DNA from: Octopus sinensis
Taxonomy: Eukaryota
DNA: 64,000 nt
Direction: 5' to 3'
NCBI RefSeq assembly: GCF_006345805.1
Contig: NC_042998.1
Span: forward strand, 175,646,001-175,710,000
The translations under genes and the position numbers were made by a program. Shown here piece after piece: positions 1-13,301 of this stretch. How positions within the stretch are numbered: position 1 is the stretch's first letter; each line of letters starts with the position of its first letter. The notes under the pieces were generated by a model. That model saw only the letters and a program-made list of their open reading frames with translations, was not told the DNA's origin and made no database searches.

Positions 1-189
1 AGCCCAAATGTAGATTTGAAATCTTTTACCTCTCCTGAGGTTCAGAGTCCAATGGCTTTCTAAACAATATCTTCTATCTTTTATCCATTTTCTTATGCTG
101 ACATGAGAATAATAGTTTTGAAAGTGTAGACTTTGTACACTATTGCATATATAGATAAATTCTCACAGCTATTCACCCACCAATGAAGT

Positions 190-356
190 AGAGTGGAATC
201 TGTTAGTTCAATAGGGAGACTAAAGTAAAGAGATATTCTTTCAACCATAGATCAGAGTGGAATCTGTTAGTTCAATAGGGAGACTAAAGTAAACAGATAT
301 CCTTTCAACCATAGATCAGAGTGGAATCTGTTAGTTCAACAGGGAAACAAAGGTAA
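190..356. repeat. 64-bp tandem repeat, ~2.6 copies
   Basis: AGAGTGGAATCTGTTAGTTCAA recurs at 190, 254 and 318 (period 64). Confidence 0.9.
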
Positions 357-734
357 CAGTAAGAGAAACAGAAGGAAGCTATGTTAGATTCATATGCAGT
401 TTATTAATTCTATGACAAATGGGCTCTTCAACCGAAAGTCTTATTTTTTGTAGGCATGGCAGTGTGATTAAGAAGCTTGTTCCCTAAATGTGTGGTCTCA
501 GGTTCAGTATCATTGTGTGGTACAGGAGTCTTCTGCTACAACCTCAGGCCAACCAGAACCTTGTGAGTGAATTTAGTTGACAGAAACTGAAAGAAGCTCA
601 GTGTGTGTGTGTGTGTGTGTGTGCATGTGAGCACACGCAAATGGATGTATGATTGCTACTGTTGAGTTTAGAGCTCCACGTAGATTATCATCATCCAGTC
701 TTCTTCCAGTATAGTTTTTTAGTCATTGCTATAT

Positions 735-965
735 TTAATAGTATTATTATTAGCATGCCGGGCGAAATGCTTAGCGGTATTTCGTCTGCCGCTACGTTCT
801 GAGTTCAAATTCCGCCGAGGTTGACTTTGCCTTTCATCCTTTTGGGGTCGATTAAATAAGTACCAGGTACGCACTGGGGTCGGTATAATCGACTTAATCC
901 ATTTGTCTGTCCTTGTTTGTCCCTTCTGTGTTTAGCCCCTTGTGGGTTGTAAAGAAATAAGTATT
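735..965 (+). mobile_element. tRNA-derived SINE (family with GCCTTTCATCCTTT..GGTCGAT..AAGTACC central domain), 5'-truncated
   Basis: The same sequence recurs at ~46790-46990 (+), 54300-54520 (-) and 61320-61545 (-). B-box-like GAGTTCAAATTCC; ends ...AAAGAAATAAG. Confidence 0.75.
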
Positions 966-2054
966 ACTACTTATGATATACAGGGAACAAATATAGGATA
1001 AACTGTGATAAACACAAGTTTATACCATTTGTTCGTATGTTTTTAACAGTATTGAACATATGGGAGAAAATGCAGTTAGGGCTGAGAATATTTGAAACCA
1101 CTGCTGAGTTGAGATACTTGCTGTATTTCAGATATATTGACTAGATCCTTCCTTCTGCTATCAGGTTAATGAATGACACATGGTGTTTTCCTTGATAAGT
1201 TATGTGTTTCATATGGAATTATCATGAGAGAATAGGAAGACAGTTTGCTGTTACCTTTCTTCAGATATTTTTTATAAAATACAAGCTACAAAGAAGTTGA
1301 CCACACCTGCCTGGGCACTTGGAACAGGATGGTCCAGACCAAATACCACAAGGTATTTTGCTCAACACTAACAATTCAGTTAGTCTATCACTCTAGACAA
1401 GAACTTTATTTTATCAACTCTGGAAAGATGGAAAGCAAAATGAACATTGGTGTGACATGAACTCACAACATAAAGCATTGAAACAAGCTGCAAAGTATTT
1501 TCTTCAAGATTAACATTTTTGTCAATTACGTAAAGATTTGGTGGAGATTATAATAAAAACATTGCAAAGATAACAAGTGAACAATACCTGATTTAGCTTA
1601 ACAATATTGTCTCCAGTACGTTCACGTTCTTGGTACTTTTTGACCTTAACTTCACATCTTTTGAATTCCTGAAGCAAACAGAATCATTAATCAGTGAAAA
1701 TCATTGATAATGGGGTTTAGATATAAAGAACAAAGTTCACAGATGATTGGAGATTACTTCAACCAATGGCCTAGTGTAGCCACAGCCCTCTGGACAAAAT
1801 TAGTGAAAATATAATCCTAATCTTGAATAGGCACAAGTATGATTGTGGTTGAAAAGTTTGCTTCCCAATCACATGGTTTTGGGTTCAGTCCAACTGTGTG
1901 GCACCATGGGTGAGTGTTTTCTATTATAGTACTGAGCTGACCAAAGCCTTGTGAGTGAATTTGGTTGATGGAAACTAAAATAAGCCCAATAATCATACAA
2001 AGTCAAGGCAAGGAGACAGTAACATAAACACATGCATATATATATATATATATG

Positions 2055-2255
2055 CATGTGACCTCGTGAAGACTACCTGCAATTTTTTTTCCTCTGTCCT
2101 CCCGTCTCGGGATCTTTCTTTCTCCTATGTTTCCGACGAAGAGCTCCGCTCGAAATGTCATACCCTCCTTCTTCCATTTTCCTGAGCGCCTAATAATAAT
2201 AATACTGTAATTGTTCCACGTGTTGTTGTTTTTTCTGTTTTCCCGTTTGGATTAA

Positions 2256-2260
<5 letters not shown>
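2055..2260 (+). mobile_element. Solo PLE pseudo-LTR remnant with decayed hammerhead-like motif
   Basis: CCGACGA-A-GAGC(tcc)GCTC-GAAA-TGTC at 2133-2159; the segment ends in a (TA)n tract, like the other PLE ends in this window. Confidence 0.45.
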
Positions 2261-2298
<38 letters not shown>

Positions 2299-2543
2299 GG
2301 CTTCTTTCAATTTCTTTCTATCAAATCTATTCACATTTGCCCAAGGTGTCATGCAAAGGGATTGAGCCTGAAACCATGTGTTTGGGAAGCAAACATTTTA
2401 TCACACTGCCATGTCCACATCTATGAGTTGGTAAAAAATATACAGTGAAATTTGTGAGTTTTGCTAAGTTTATGAGGAAGGAAGAAGAAGAATCTGAAAT
2501 CTAGAAACTGTCATTTGAAAAAATTTTTCATTTTCTTTCTCAG

Positions 2544-2586
2544 ACAACGAGACAGTGTTGAAACATCAGATTCCTCTTTTTCCTAA
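2544..2586 (+). CDS. Possible terminal coding exon of an upstream + strand gene (..QRDSVETSDSSFS*)
   Basis: Strong polypyrimidine acceptor ttttctttctcag at 2531-2543, followed by ~1.8 kb of repeat-poor UTR-like DNA. Frame and identity are unverified. Confidence 0.25.
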
Positions 2587-4632
2587 TTTAACCAAATTCC
2601 AGAAGCTATTGATGTTTTAATCAGTAAGACATTGATGTGATGTAACCAATTGGGGTTTAGGCTTCTAAATGTGAGACATTTTTGTGTTTTAAAAAGTTCC
2701 TTTATGATATATATTTTTCTCCAGATAAGTATTTAGAATCAGGGAGATTCTAAATAGAATAAAGCAGGAGTCGGTAACCAGGGTAAATTACTCTGTGGGG
2801 TATAAATGAAATTCTTGGTGGTAATGAGGACTCATTAGACATAAGTAAAATGATATGAAAAAACATGCGCCTTGTTAGGAAGGATATTTTTCTCCTGGCA
2901 CGAGGAGGCAGTCAAAAAGTTGCTGCTTTTGCAACAATCTTGTTGCAAACAAGGATTTTACACTCTAAAGAACATAAAAACAAAGCAGAATAATTAACTG
3001 GACCCCAAAGACTATAACCAAACTACTCTGGCATCAAAATAACCCAATTTTGATGTAGTTGTAACAAAAATATAATATCATTTCTCCAAAACATGAAGTG
3101 AAACAGTCTCCAGAAAAATCCTTGTTTCACAATGAGGATATTAATTAATTCTATTGCATTTGTTTTATACTTTTCATATTTATAATTGAATTCTCCAAAT
3201 AAATAGATTCAAAAAACCTTTTGAATTCAAAGACTATGATTTTCTTCCTTCCAAATTAAGTGGGTAATGTCGGCGTAAATATATTTTGGGGTAATTGGTT
3301 AAAAAAGTTCCCTGACCCCTGGAATAAAGCATAAAAAGATAGGTAAATAACAGTACAAACCCCGAAAGATTGTTCCCACTTTTTCTTAGTCTCATGAATA
3401 CAGGGGAATATATTACTAAACCTGTAGTGACAAGAAACAGTATTATTAATATTACGGAAGCAACAAAATTTTAATGTGACGTATTTTTCAATAAAATGAA
3501 TTCATTTTAATGTTGAATATAAGTAAAAACTTGACATCTCACTTCTGAAATTTTATAGAAAAAAATAAATGAAAAATGTTCAAGAAAAACAAAAACAAAA
3601 TAAAGCACACTGTTTAAATGATTACTTTTCAAAACATGATTTTTCTATCATTTAACCACTGAATCATTTAGTGCATGTGGAACTTGTTTTTGTTAGTTGG
3701 AAAAGTACAACAAGCTCAGTGGTTGAACTTATGTTGTTCAGAATCTTAACTTCTAAGTAGTGATCTTCATAGTATAAAACAGGGGTTGTCAATCTTTCAT
3801 TATTGTGACTCATTTCAGTAAATAATTCTGTAATCATTTTAAAATATTTAAATGAAAAAAATATATATATAATTTTTCCAAAAATTGAATAAACTTATTT
3901 AATATCTTTGTTGAGGAAATATTTTTGATTCCATTTGCAGTCAATGTTGTGTTGGTTTGTTAATAATAAATTACCGAACATTTAATGTTTTATAAAATAT
4001 TTCAAAAGCAAAATCAAATGATTTAAAATATTTATGAAATATTTCAAAAAACTTTGCAACATATTCAGGGTTATATTGTAACCCACAAGTTGAGACTTAT
4101 TACTGTATAAGAAACAGCAATGCATCTTACAAGAGGAAATAGTTTTCATTCAACCACCTTCAGTAAAATCAGGTGAATTTGGCATTACTAACATGTATTA
4201 AGTTTGATATCTCCAGAGTTCTTAACACAAATATCAGTAAGATTTTATTATAGTTGATACGATCAACTACAAAATTCTCTATCTAAGCAAAAGAAGTTTA
4301 TATTCTTAGCACGAAAAGCATCCCCAAAATACATCAACTTTACAAGATATCAATAAAGTAGTGATAAGGAAAGCGTCTGTATATACTTGCAGAGAAGCTA
4401 CTGTATAATTTTTTGACTAAAAAAAACACCAGCATGAAAAACTGTACTCATCTACCAAAGCTGGCCTTGTGACCTGAAATGCACAGTACACATTAATACA
4501 CACACACACACCTTTTATGTATGTAGCCTTGTGCCAATATTAAAATACAACATCAACAGAAACAAATATTAACAAATGCCAGGAACATCAGATTTACAAT
4601 AATAGACAAGTTGAAGAAAATGCATTTACTTT

Positions 4633-4670
4633 TCAATGGGTTCCACCAGCATCTTTTGGATGTTGGAATT
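4633..4670 (-). CDS. Small unknown protein, last coding exon (..KFQHPKDAGGTH*)
   Basis: Long poly-T/C tract plus TAG acceptor at 4671; phase matches the 11152-11213 exon; TGA at 4633-4635. Confidence 0.6.
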
Positions 4671-6462
4671 CTATCAGAATGTAAAAAAAAAAGAAAGTAT
4701 TTTACAAAAGAAAAAAAAAATGATACAAGTTGAAATATTCAAGTCCATATTTTTTCAAATGCATTATTTATTGAATGGCATGATTTAACAAATGTGGTTG
4801 CATAAAGATACAAATTCACTCTCTAAACAGAAGCAATCAATGCTTTCTCTCTTTTGCTCTTTCTGTCATATATAATCTACTAACGTTTCACTCTCTAATA
4901 AAAGGTTCTGTCCCAAAGTGCCAACCTCACTTCTTGACAGTAAACTAACTACTGACTACAAGCAAGGATTTGTGGTTAAGAAGAACAATTTGTAACTACA
5001 TGGTTCTGAGTTCGATTACACTGCATAGCAAATTAGTTGCTTCCTAATCGCATGGTTTTCGATTCAGTCTCACTAGAGGGCATCTTGAGTAAGTGTCTTC
5101 GATAAACTTGGGTCACCAAAGCTTTGTGAATGGATCTACTAGACAGAAACTGAAAGGAGCTTGCCCCTCCCCTCTCTGTCTCTCTCTCACATACACGTGG
5201 AATAGAAAGGACAAGAGGGGACATAAGCACTATTAACCACTGGTTCACTTCCTCATCTATGGTCACAACAGAGTTACAGTTTACCACTGTAAGTAGCAGG
5301 AGTACAGAGAGTATTGTGTAACTGTGCTGTACTTAATTGTTAAAATTCAACCAGAGAAATGGGACAGACAAAAACCCTATCCCCATGTAAAACTCTTAAC
5401 AATACTTTAAATTGTACTAAGTAACAACAAACTTATGATTAAAAAATGAAAAGAAAAAATTCCCAACAATTTCTTTACAGAGATCATAAAAACAATTGTA
5501 GTAGGACTTTACAGTTCTGAATTACATTTCCTGTGGCTGTATGAGTAACAAGGTTTTGAAAATACAGATATTTTATGAAATACTAAGGTTAGTCATTTTA
5601 TATCTGGATATAACTACTTTGAATATCAACCATACAATCATGAAGCGTAACTTATTTTTATGTTTTCTTCAAGGAATTATTTAAGTTAAACAGGAGTGAC
5701 ATTTCTTATAGTCAGCTTTGGTACACCCAAATTTAGGAAGTGAGATGACTGCTAGTAAAAGTAGAAATAATTTTTTTTACTAAAAGTACAAGGCCTGAAC
5801 TTTTTTTAGGGAAGGGGTTAGTTGATTACCTTGACCCCAGAGTTCTACGGATACTTAATTCATCAACCCTAAAGCAAATGTAAATAAAGACAATGGTTTT
5901 AGTTTTTGTGACTGAAGAATCTTAGATATTTTTTAATGTCATCTAGAGTAAAAGATATTTACGATTTGAAAAGTTGTTCAAGGTTGAAGTAATTTTTAAT
6001 GCTGAAGGAAAAATCTAATCTTGGATGTAGTTTAGAAGAATGGGGCATTGTCTATAGAGATGAATAATAATTTGAATTGGTCATTGATAAAGAACTCAGC
6101 ATAATGGCTTCATTTCCTTGACATATCAAATATGTACCTCTAAATACAGGAGTCTGTTTGAGAAAATCCTCAGCACCTTAATATACTAAAAAAAAAATTA
6201 TCCTCACTGATATCCAAACAGAGAAGGCTTGTATTAGTTTTGTTTTGGGATTTGGTTTGCAAGATCCTTTAGAAAAATAAAAAAGACATAAGCGGAAATT
6301 TTACCCGTGAGTGTGTTAAATTATAAGGCACTAAAAGAGAATGACTCTCCCCAGACACAACAGAATTTGTATTAATTGTTCTAGTTAAAATCATTTTCTC
6401 ATGTTCTTTAATCTCAAACAAGTTTCATTTTTATTCATCATAATTATTCAAATATTAATTAA

Positions 6463-7307
6463 CTAGCAAAATTGCCCGGCGTTGCTCGGGGCTGAATTGC
6501 TTGAAAGTACTGTTAATGATTGCACTGAATTATGATGATTATTCAGGCAAATATTGATATAAGTTTACGGTGGGAGATAAGGACTTAACGATCAAACGTG
6601 TGCCATTGCATTGTTTTGGGGGAACCAAATTTCTGATGAGCATTATAGGGGCACCAACTTTAAGTTTGAGAAAGTGTGGTGGTAGTCCGGGGTGCTCAAA
6701 GGAATTGAGTACCTCTATTGGATAGTTGATGACGTCCTCTGGGTCAGGAGTTGTATCGATAGACTGATATACATAGACTTCCCCAGGAATGAGTTTTAGC
6801 ATTTCATCATTAATATGGTGAACAGTTTTATTCCTCGGGGCCAGTATAGCCTTTTTGCCAATCCAATCTATATTCTGATAATTAGCTTGTAGATCTGGGA
6901 ACACTGCATCTCTGAGATCAGAAGGCATCTTAACAATGGTACAAATGGAATCGATGGCAATATTACCATTTTCATCCCCTGGTATTTTTCCTTCACCAAG
7001 TGCAATGAGGGTGTGAGGAAATGCTGCTGATGTGATATTACGTCGCATATGAGCATGTATATTGGTGTGAAGTTTGAGAGTTACTTCCGTTTATTAAAAA
7101 AAATATGCATTAAAATGGAAAAAAATGATGGTAAATTATTTGTAAAATCATAGACTCATCGTAGACGCGCGCTAATACCCAGAAGGGCTCGATATGAATC
7201 ACGACTATAAGATACCCGGTTTTGGTTAAACTGCATCGCAAAATGTGGGAGTAGTTAGGAATCTAAATCGGAGTAGACAGACACACAACCTTTCTTTTAT
7301 ATATAAA
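6463..7307 (-). mobile_element. Internally deleted Helitron carrying a PIF1-like helicase fragment (6539-7048)
   Basis: ORF has ILAPRN, YPIEVLN, LPPHFLKLKVGAPIMLIRNL, CNGTRL (Helitron helicase C-terminal motifs). 3' end is a CCCG..CGGG hairpin plus CTAG|T at 6463; 5' end is A|TTTATATATAAAAG at 7307 (TC decayed to TT). Confidence 0.9.
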
Positions 7308-7308
7308 T

Positions 7309-8318
7309 ATTTTCGTCCTAAAAAACTTTGTATGGATTGAATGGTTACCTCTATGGAAATATATACACGCACATTATACATACATGTGTGTATAGATGAA
7401 TATATAAATACATTTAAATATCTATATACACTTTTGGGCGATCTTTCTGTTTATTAGAGATAACTTTAGATCTTATTTTCGTCCTAAAAAACTTTGTATG
7501 GAGTGAATGGTTACCTCTATGGAAATATATACACACACGTTATACATACATGTGTGCATAGATGAATATATAAATACATTTATATATCTATATACACTTT
7601 TGGGCGATCTTTGTGCTACTTAGAGATAACTTTAGATCTTATTTTCGTCCTAAAAAACTTTGTGCGGAGTGAATGGTTACGTGTATGGAAATATATACAC
7701 ACACATTATACATACATCTGTGTATAGATGAATATATAAATACATTTAAATATCTATATACACTTTTGGGCGATCTTTCTGTTTATTAGAGATAACTTTA
7801 GATCTTATTTTCGTCCTAAAAAACTTTGTATGGAGTGAATGGTTACCTCTATGGAAATATATACACACACGTTATACATACATGTGTGCATAGATGAATA
7901 TATAAATACATTTATATATCTATATACACTTTTGGGCGATCTTTGTGCTACTTAGAGATAACTTTAGATCTTATTTTCGTCCTAAAAAACTTTGTGCGGA
8001 GTGAATGGTTACGTGTATGGAAATATATACACACACATTATACATACATCTGTGTATAGATGAATATATAAATACATTTAAATATCTATATACACTTTTG
8101 GGCGATCTTTCTGCTACTTGTATATACTTTAGATCTTATATTCGTCCTAAAAAACTTTGTATGGAGTGAAAGGTTACCTCTATGGAAATATATACACACA
8201 CATTATACATACATCTGTGTATAGATGAATATATAAATACATTTAAATATCTATATACACTTTTGGGCGATCTTTCTGCTACTTGGATATAGGTCTTATA
8301 TTCGTCCTAAAAAACTTT
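7309..8318. repeat. 166-bp tandem satellite, ~6 copies
   Basis: TTCGTCCTAAAAAACTTT recurs with the C at 7314, 7480, 7646, 7812, 7978, 8143 and 8303. Confidence 0.95.
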
Positions 8319-8383
8319 CCTGTCACACACTCACGCACACGCACACACACACACACACACACACGCACCCTCACACACACACG

Positions 8384-8414
<31 letters not shown>

Positions 8415-10149
8415 ACACACGCACACACACACGTTAGCTTACAATTTTATTTATATATTTGCGTGTCTATGTGTGTAAAGAGGAAGTGGCAGAATGAAAG
8501 AGTCACTCACTACAAAAAGTGAATTACTTTCACTTTATTCGTTGCACACTGTGTGCGTGCGTGTGCGTGTGGTGTAGGCCACACTAAGAGAAGCATTTGA
8601 CTTAGACACCACAATGTGAGTTTTCTCTAAATTTTGCTTAATTGGGGTTGAAATTTTAAAAACTGGACCTGGCACGACCCGATGCATTCTACTCTTAAAA
8701 ATGCTAGGTAAATTGTAATTGAAGAAATCCTATATTGTAGATTTCTATAAGATACAAAGGGTGGCAGATAAAATCTGCCTTTTATAATAAGAGATTACTT
8801 ACCATTTCTTGCATATGAGGGTTCAACTTGACAATTGAATTATCCCACTCTTCACAGTGATGCTTTAATTCTGATTCTGACTTACATAATGCACTGGCCA
8901 TTAAATCTTGTGTGATTCTCTGTTCACATTTACTTAGATCTGTGAAACAGAAACATATTGTAAGTCTTGAAAAAAAAAAGAATTAGTTTAATAAGGTTAC
9001 ATTAATAAGAAAGTTGCATGGAAAAGAAGCTACATTATTCTTGATGATAGTGGTAATGATTTCTCTGGTCTCAAATTACAGAGCAGGATATAACAAGGAT
9101 ACTGACCCAGATATTTGATTAGTACTTATTCAGGAAGGACAAAAGGCAAAGCTGACCCTTGTAGCATTTGAATTTAGAACGTAAAGAACAGTAACTCCAT
9201 ACTGTAAACAATCGTGTTTGCCAGCCGAACCATTTCACCTGTTAGCCATTCTTCATCCATTAATATTCTCTCTATTCACACATTACACTGATTCATTCCC
9301 ATTGCCACTGGACCCAATTATCTCTCTCATTCATTGCTCCTGCCCCTTGTTCTCTCCCTGTCAACTGTATCATCATTACTGCTCTGCAATTCTTTCCCCA
9401 CCCTCCATTCTCTTCTGCATTCCTCTATCTTCCCCAACTCATACATCATTTGTCATGCACCACCACTTGTCTATCGTGCCCTACATCTATCCTTCAACTA
9501 TATACAATCTTTACAGTTGTTGTCCATCTCCCCTCCTATCTCATTCCTCCAGCCCTTGATCTATCATGCACTCTGGCAAATTCACACTCACACTCCTAGT
9601 TCATCTGTCCTCACTCACTTTAACTTACCTCATACCGTGATGTTCTACATGGATACCTCATCACCAATGTTTATCTCTTTGCAGAATGCTTACTGATCAT
9701 TCTCACCTTCTCTTCTAAATATGAGTAGCCACGTAGCTACTCCACAACAAGGAACTGCTCTGTCCACCACCACCTCCTCTCATACTTTAACCCTTCAACC
9801 CTTAGCATAAAGTTGAACCCCACCATTTGGGGTTCATAGTTTTGCATGCTACATGGTAACCTCACTAGTCCTGGTGGCGTGAGAAAAGATCTCAGTACAA
9901 ACTGTAAAGTGGTTGGTATTAAGAAGGGCATCCAGCCATAGAAACCACACCAGAGCAGACAGTAGAGCTCAGAGCAGTCCTTGGACCAATCAGATCCTGT
10001 CAAACTATCCAGTCTCTGCCAGCATGTAACATGGACATTAAATGATGATGATTATGTTCATTCAGCCAATTCACTGCCATAAAATATACATACACACAAC
10101 CATATACGCATTATATATACATCAATATATGCATACATATATACATACA

Positions 10150-10365
10150 TGGATCGCCATGTTAATTCGTTAGTTACTGCACGCATTTTTTTCTCTCCTT
10201 CTTTCTGTGTTTTTTTTCTCTGTGTATCTTTCTGTTGAAGAGCGTAGGCTCAAAACGTTAAAGACTTGTTTTATTTATATTTCCTGAGCGCCATACTAAT
10301 ACAATTGTTTGTTTGTTTTCCACCTGCCTTCGTCTTTTGTCTATTTTCATAAAGCTTCCCGTTAT
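10150..10365 (+). mobile_element. Solo PLE pseudo-LTR remnant with mutated hammerhead-like motif
   Basis: TCTTT-CTGTTGA-A-GAGC(gtag)GCTC-AAAA-CGTT-AAAGA at 10227-10264; followed by (TA)n. Confidence 0.45.
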
Positions 10366-10404
10366 ATATATATATATACATTTATGTATATATATCCATC
10401 TATG

Positions 10405-10450
<46 letters not shown>

Positions 10451-10622
10451 GTGTGCCTGTGTGTCACTGAAGGCATTCATACATACATATCCTTTCTCTC
10501 TCTCTCTCTCTCTCTTGTTCTCTGTCAATCACTCACACATTCACTCACTGCAAAATGTGAATAAAAAAATTTCAGTTATCTCTCTCTCTCTCTCTTTCAC
10601 ATACTCACACACCAGCACCATT

Positions 10623-10656
<34 letters not shown>

Positions 10657-11151
10657 GCTTCACACACACTAACAAAAGAACTTCACATTCACACCATACT
10701 TTCTGTTTCACACACCCCATCAATCAATCAATCAAACATGCATGCATGCACGCAAGCACGCATGTGCATGGCACACCAACTTCAAAAGAACTTCCCTGAT
10801 CCAATCGTGCATTCTCTGTCACTTTCGCTTTTATGATAACTTCAAAAGATCCCCTTTCCCCCCACCCTACATGTGTAAAAAACTAATAAAAAATTTATGG
10901 AAAGCGACAATCTTCTTCAGAAGCAAACAAATACACATGCTTTAAGAAGTGATATACATTGTGCTCATATCGAAATATCACCCTGGTGATAATAGATACT
11001 ATACCACTACCTGCCTAACAAACTATAAACATCTGGGTAAATAATTAACATAATAGAATATAATTCTAAACTGTCCTAAAAATTCATCAACTTAACTATT
11101 TCTAATTTTAGATGCAGGGCATAAATGTAAAATGCTGTTATAAATACTCAC

Positions 11152-11213
11152 TTAAAGCTGTCTCTGAGTACTTTTTAGAAGCCTCTTCAAGTTTCCGAGA
11201 TATCTCCTCGAGC
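11152..11213 (-). CDS. Small unknown protein, exon 4 (KLEEISRKLEEASKKYSETAL)
   Basis: tttcag acceptor and gtgagt donor; 62 nt, open, phases match both neighbours. Confidence 0.7.
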
Positions 11214-12297
11214 CTGAAATGAAAATAAAAAAAAGAAAGAAATAAGAGATGTTTATTTTATTTTTAAGGAGAAAGATTCAAAAGACTGAACAAAAAGTAA
11301 AAATGTTAACAATGACATGGATTTTTTCTCTTTTTAATCTTACATCATGGATAAGTTATAGGATGTAAATTTTCATGGGAGAACTTACGAATCTCACTTA
11401 TGTAGAGATTACAGCTTAGCAATTAGTCGATGCAAGTGCCCTCTGACTGGCTCCTATGCCGGTGGCACATAAAATGCACCCACTACACTCTCCGAGTGGT
11501 TGGCATTAGGAAGGGCATCCAGCTGTAGAAACATTGCCAGATCAGATTGGAGCCTGGTGCAGCCTACAGTCTTACCAGACCTCAGTCAAACCATCCAACC
11601 CATGTCAATATGGAAAGTGGATGTTAAACGATGATGATGATGATGAAATATAAGTAAATTATAAAAATAATTACAAAAATATATAGTCCAGTAGTGTGTC
11701 TACTTTGTGGATTTTTACCTATTGTATTGGGTTTTGGAGCATAACACCCGTGATAGTCGAGGGATTACTGTATACACACAGGTGCAAGCATAGCTGTGTG
11801 GTAAGAAATTTACTTCCCTATCACATGGTTTCAGGTTGAGTTCTACTGTGTGGTACCTTGGACAAGTGTCTTCTACTATAGACCTGGACTGACCAAAGCC
11901 TGGTGAATGGATTTTATAGACAGAAACTGAGACGATGCCCATCACACACACACGCCATCACCATCATCATCATCATTTAACGTCTGCTTTCCATGCTGGC
12001 ATGGGCTGGATGGTTTGACTAATAACTGGTAAGCTGCACCAGGTTCTGATCTGATTTGGATGGGTGCTCTTCCTAATGCCAACCACTCTGAGAGTGTAGT
12101 GGGTGTTTTTTTACATGCCACTGGCACCATTGACTTGATACTAGCATCAGCCATGACCACGGTCTCGCTTAGCTTGACAGGTCTACACAAGCATGATACA
12201 TCACTGAAGGTCTTGGTCATTTGTCACTACCTCCGCGAGGTCCAACGCTTAAACAGTGCATTTTATGTGCCACCGCACACACACACATATATGTACA

Positions 12298-12331
<34 letters not shown>

Positions 12332-13260
12332 AGTCTCCTTGCCTTGACATTGCATGATAGTTCTAAGCAAGTGTGCCTGTCATGCAAGTGGTGCACTTCA
12401 TTTCCAATCTTCCTTCAAAACATGACTACTTATAAGGAAATTATACTTTACTTGAAAACAGGTTGGGTTTGGTTGGAAGAGCATTTGGCTATAGAAAATC
12501 TACCTCAATGAATTCTGATATTTTTATAAAGTGTCAAAAATGTCCTAACTATAAAGTGTGTCTTATCAATTGTAGCATCTTAGGAGTTGGGAATTTATGG
12601 TAATTAAAAGAAACTGGTGGTGGTGGTGGTAGTGGTTACTAATTGTATGTGGATCACACTTTCTCTAAATAGAATTGCTGTATAGCAAACTTTTTCTCAT
12701 GTCGTTTGAGAAACAATTCTGTGAGATGAATTATAATAGGCAAGCATCAAATGGGTCAACCAATCACATCTGATGAAGGTTATCTAAAAGTTCAACAATT
12801 TATTATATCAAATACCTGTTGATGTCATACAATTTACACAGCTGAGTGTGACTGACCAATATTTTAAACAAACTATGCTGCTACCAATTTAAGTTTCATT
12901 TAAAACTTTCATTACCTTTTTGGTAATTAATTGGCAAACATACATCCAACTCACTCTTGAACCTATGAGAAAGCTTCTACATGGTCATTTGACCAGCTAG
13001 AAATAATAGCCAAACATCTTTTAAATTGCAATATATGCTTTCCTTTAAGGTTATGCAGCCCTAGATTCACTGTGCCTGAAACAAAAAATAGGATGGCCAA
13101 AGCTGGAATGGCTTTGATCATTTCCAACAAGACAGTATAACACAGAAAATGCAAGTTGGGAAGCTCAACCTTGCATTGACACAACCCAGATTTTCACTAT
13201 AGACTTGAAAATAAGACCAAGGCCAATCCTAAACAACAACACCAACAACAATTAACTCAC

Positions 13261-13301
13261 TTTGCAAGCTTCTTGCCTTCCTTTTCAAATTCCTCTGTTT
13301 C
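13261..13301 (-). CDS. Small unknown protein, exon 3 (ETEEFEKEGKKLA)
   Basis: ttttttcag acceptor and gtgagt donor; 41 nt, phase-compatible. Confidence 0.7.

Noticed and set aside
2928-2949. Perfect 10-bp hairpin TTTGCAACAA-TC-TTGTTGCAAA
   Set aside because: Too short for a miRNA precursor and follows a mariner-like TIR remnant; likely chance or MITE-derived.
7309-8318. CRISPR-like regular array (also the 64-bp, 102-bp and 150-bp arrays)
   Set aside because: Whole units are repeated with no unique spacers, there are no cas genes, and the context is eukaryotic.
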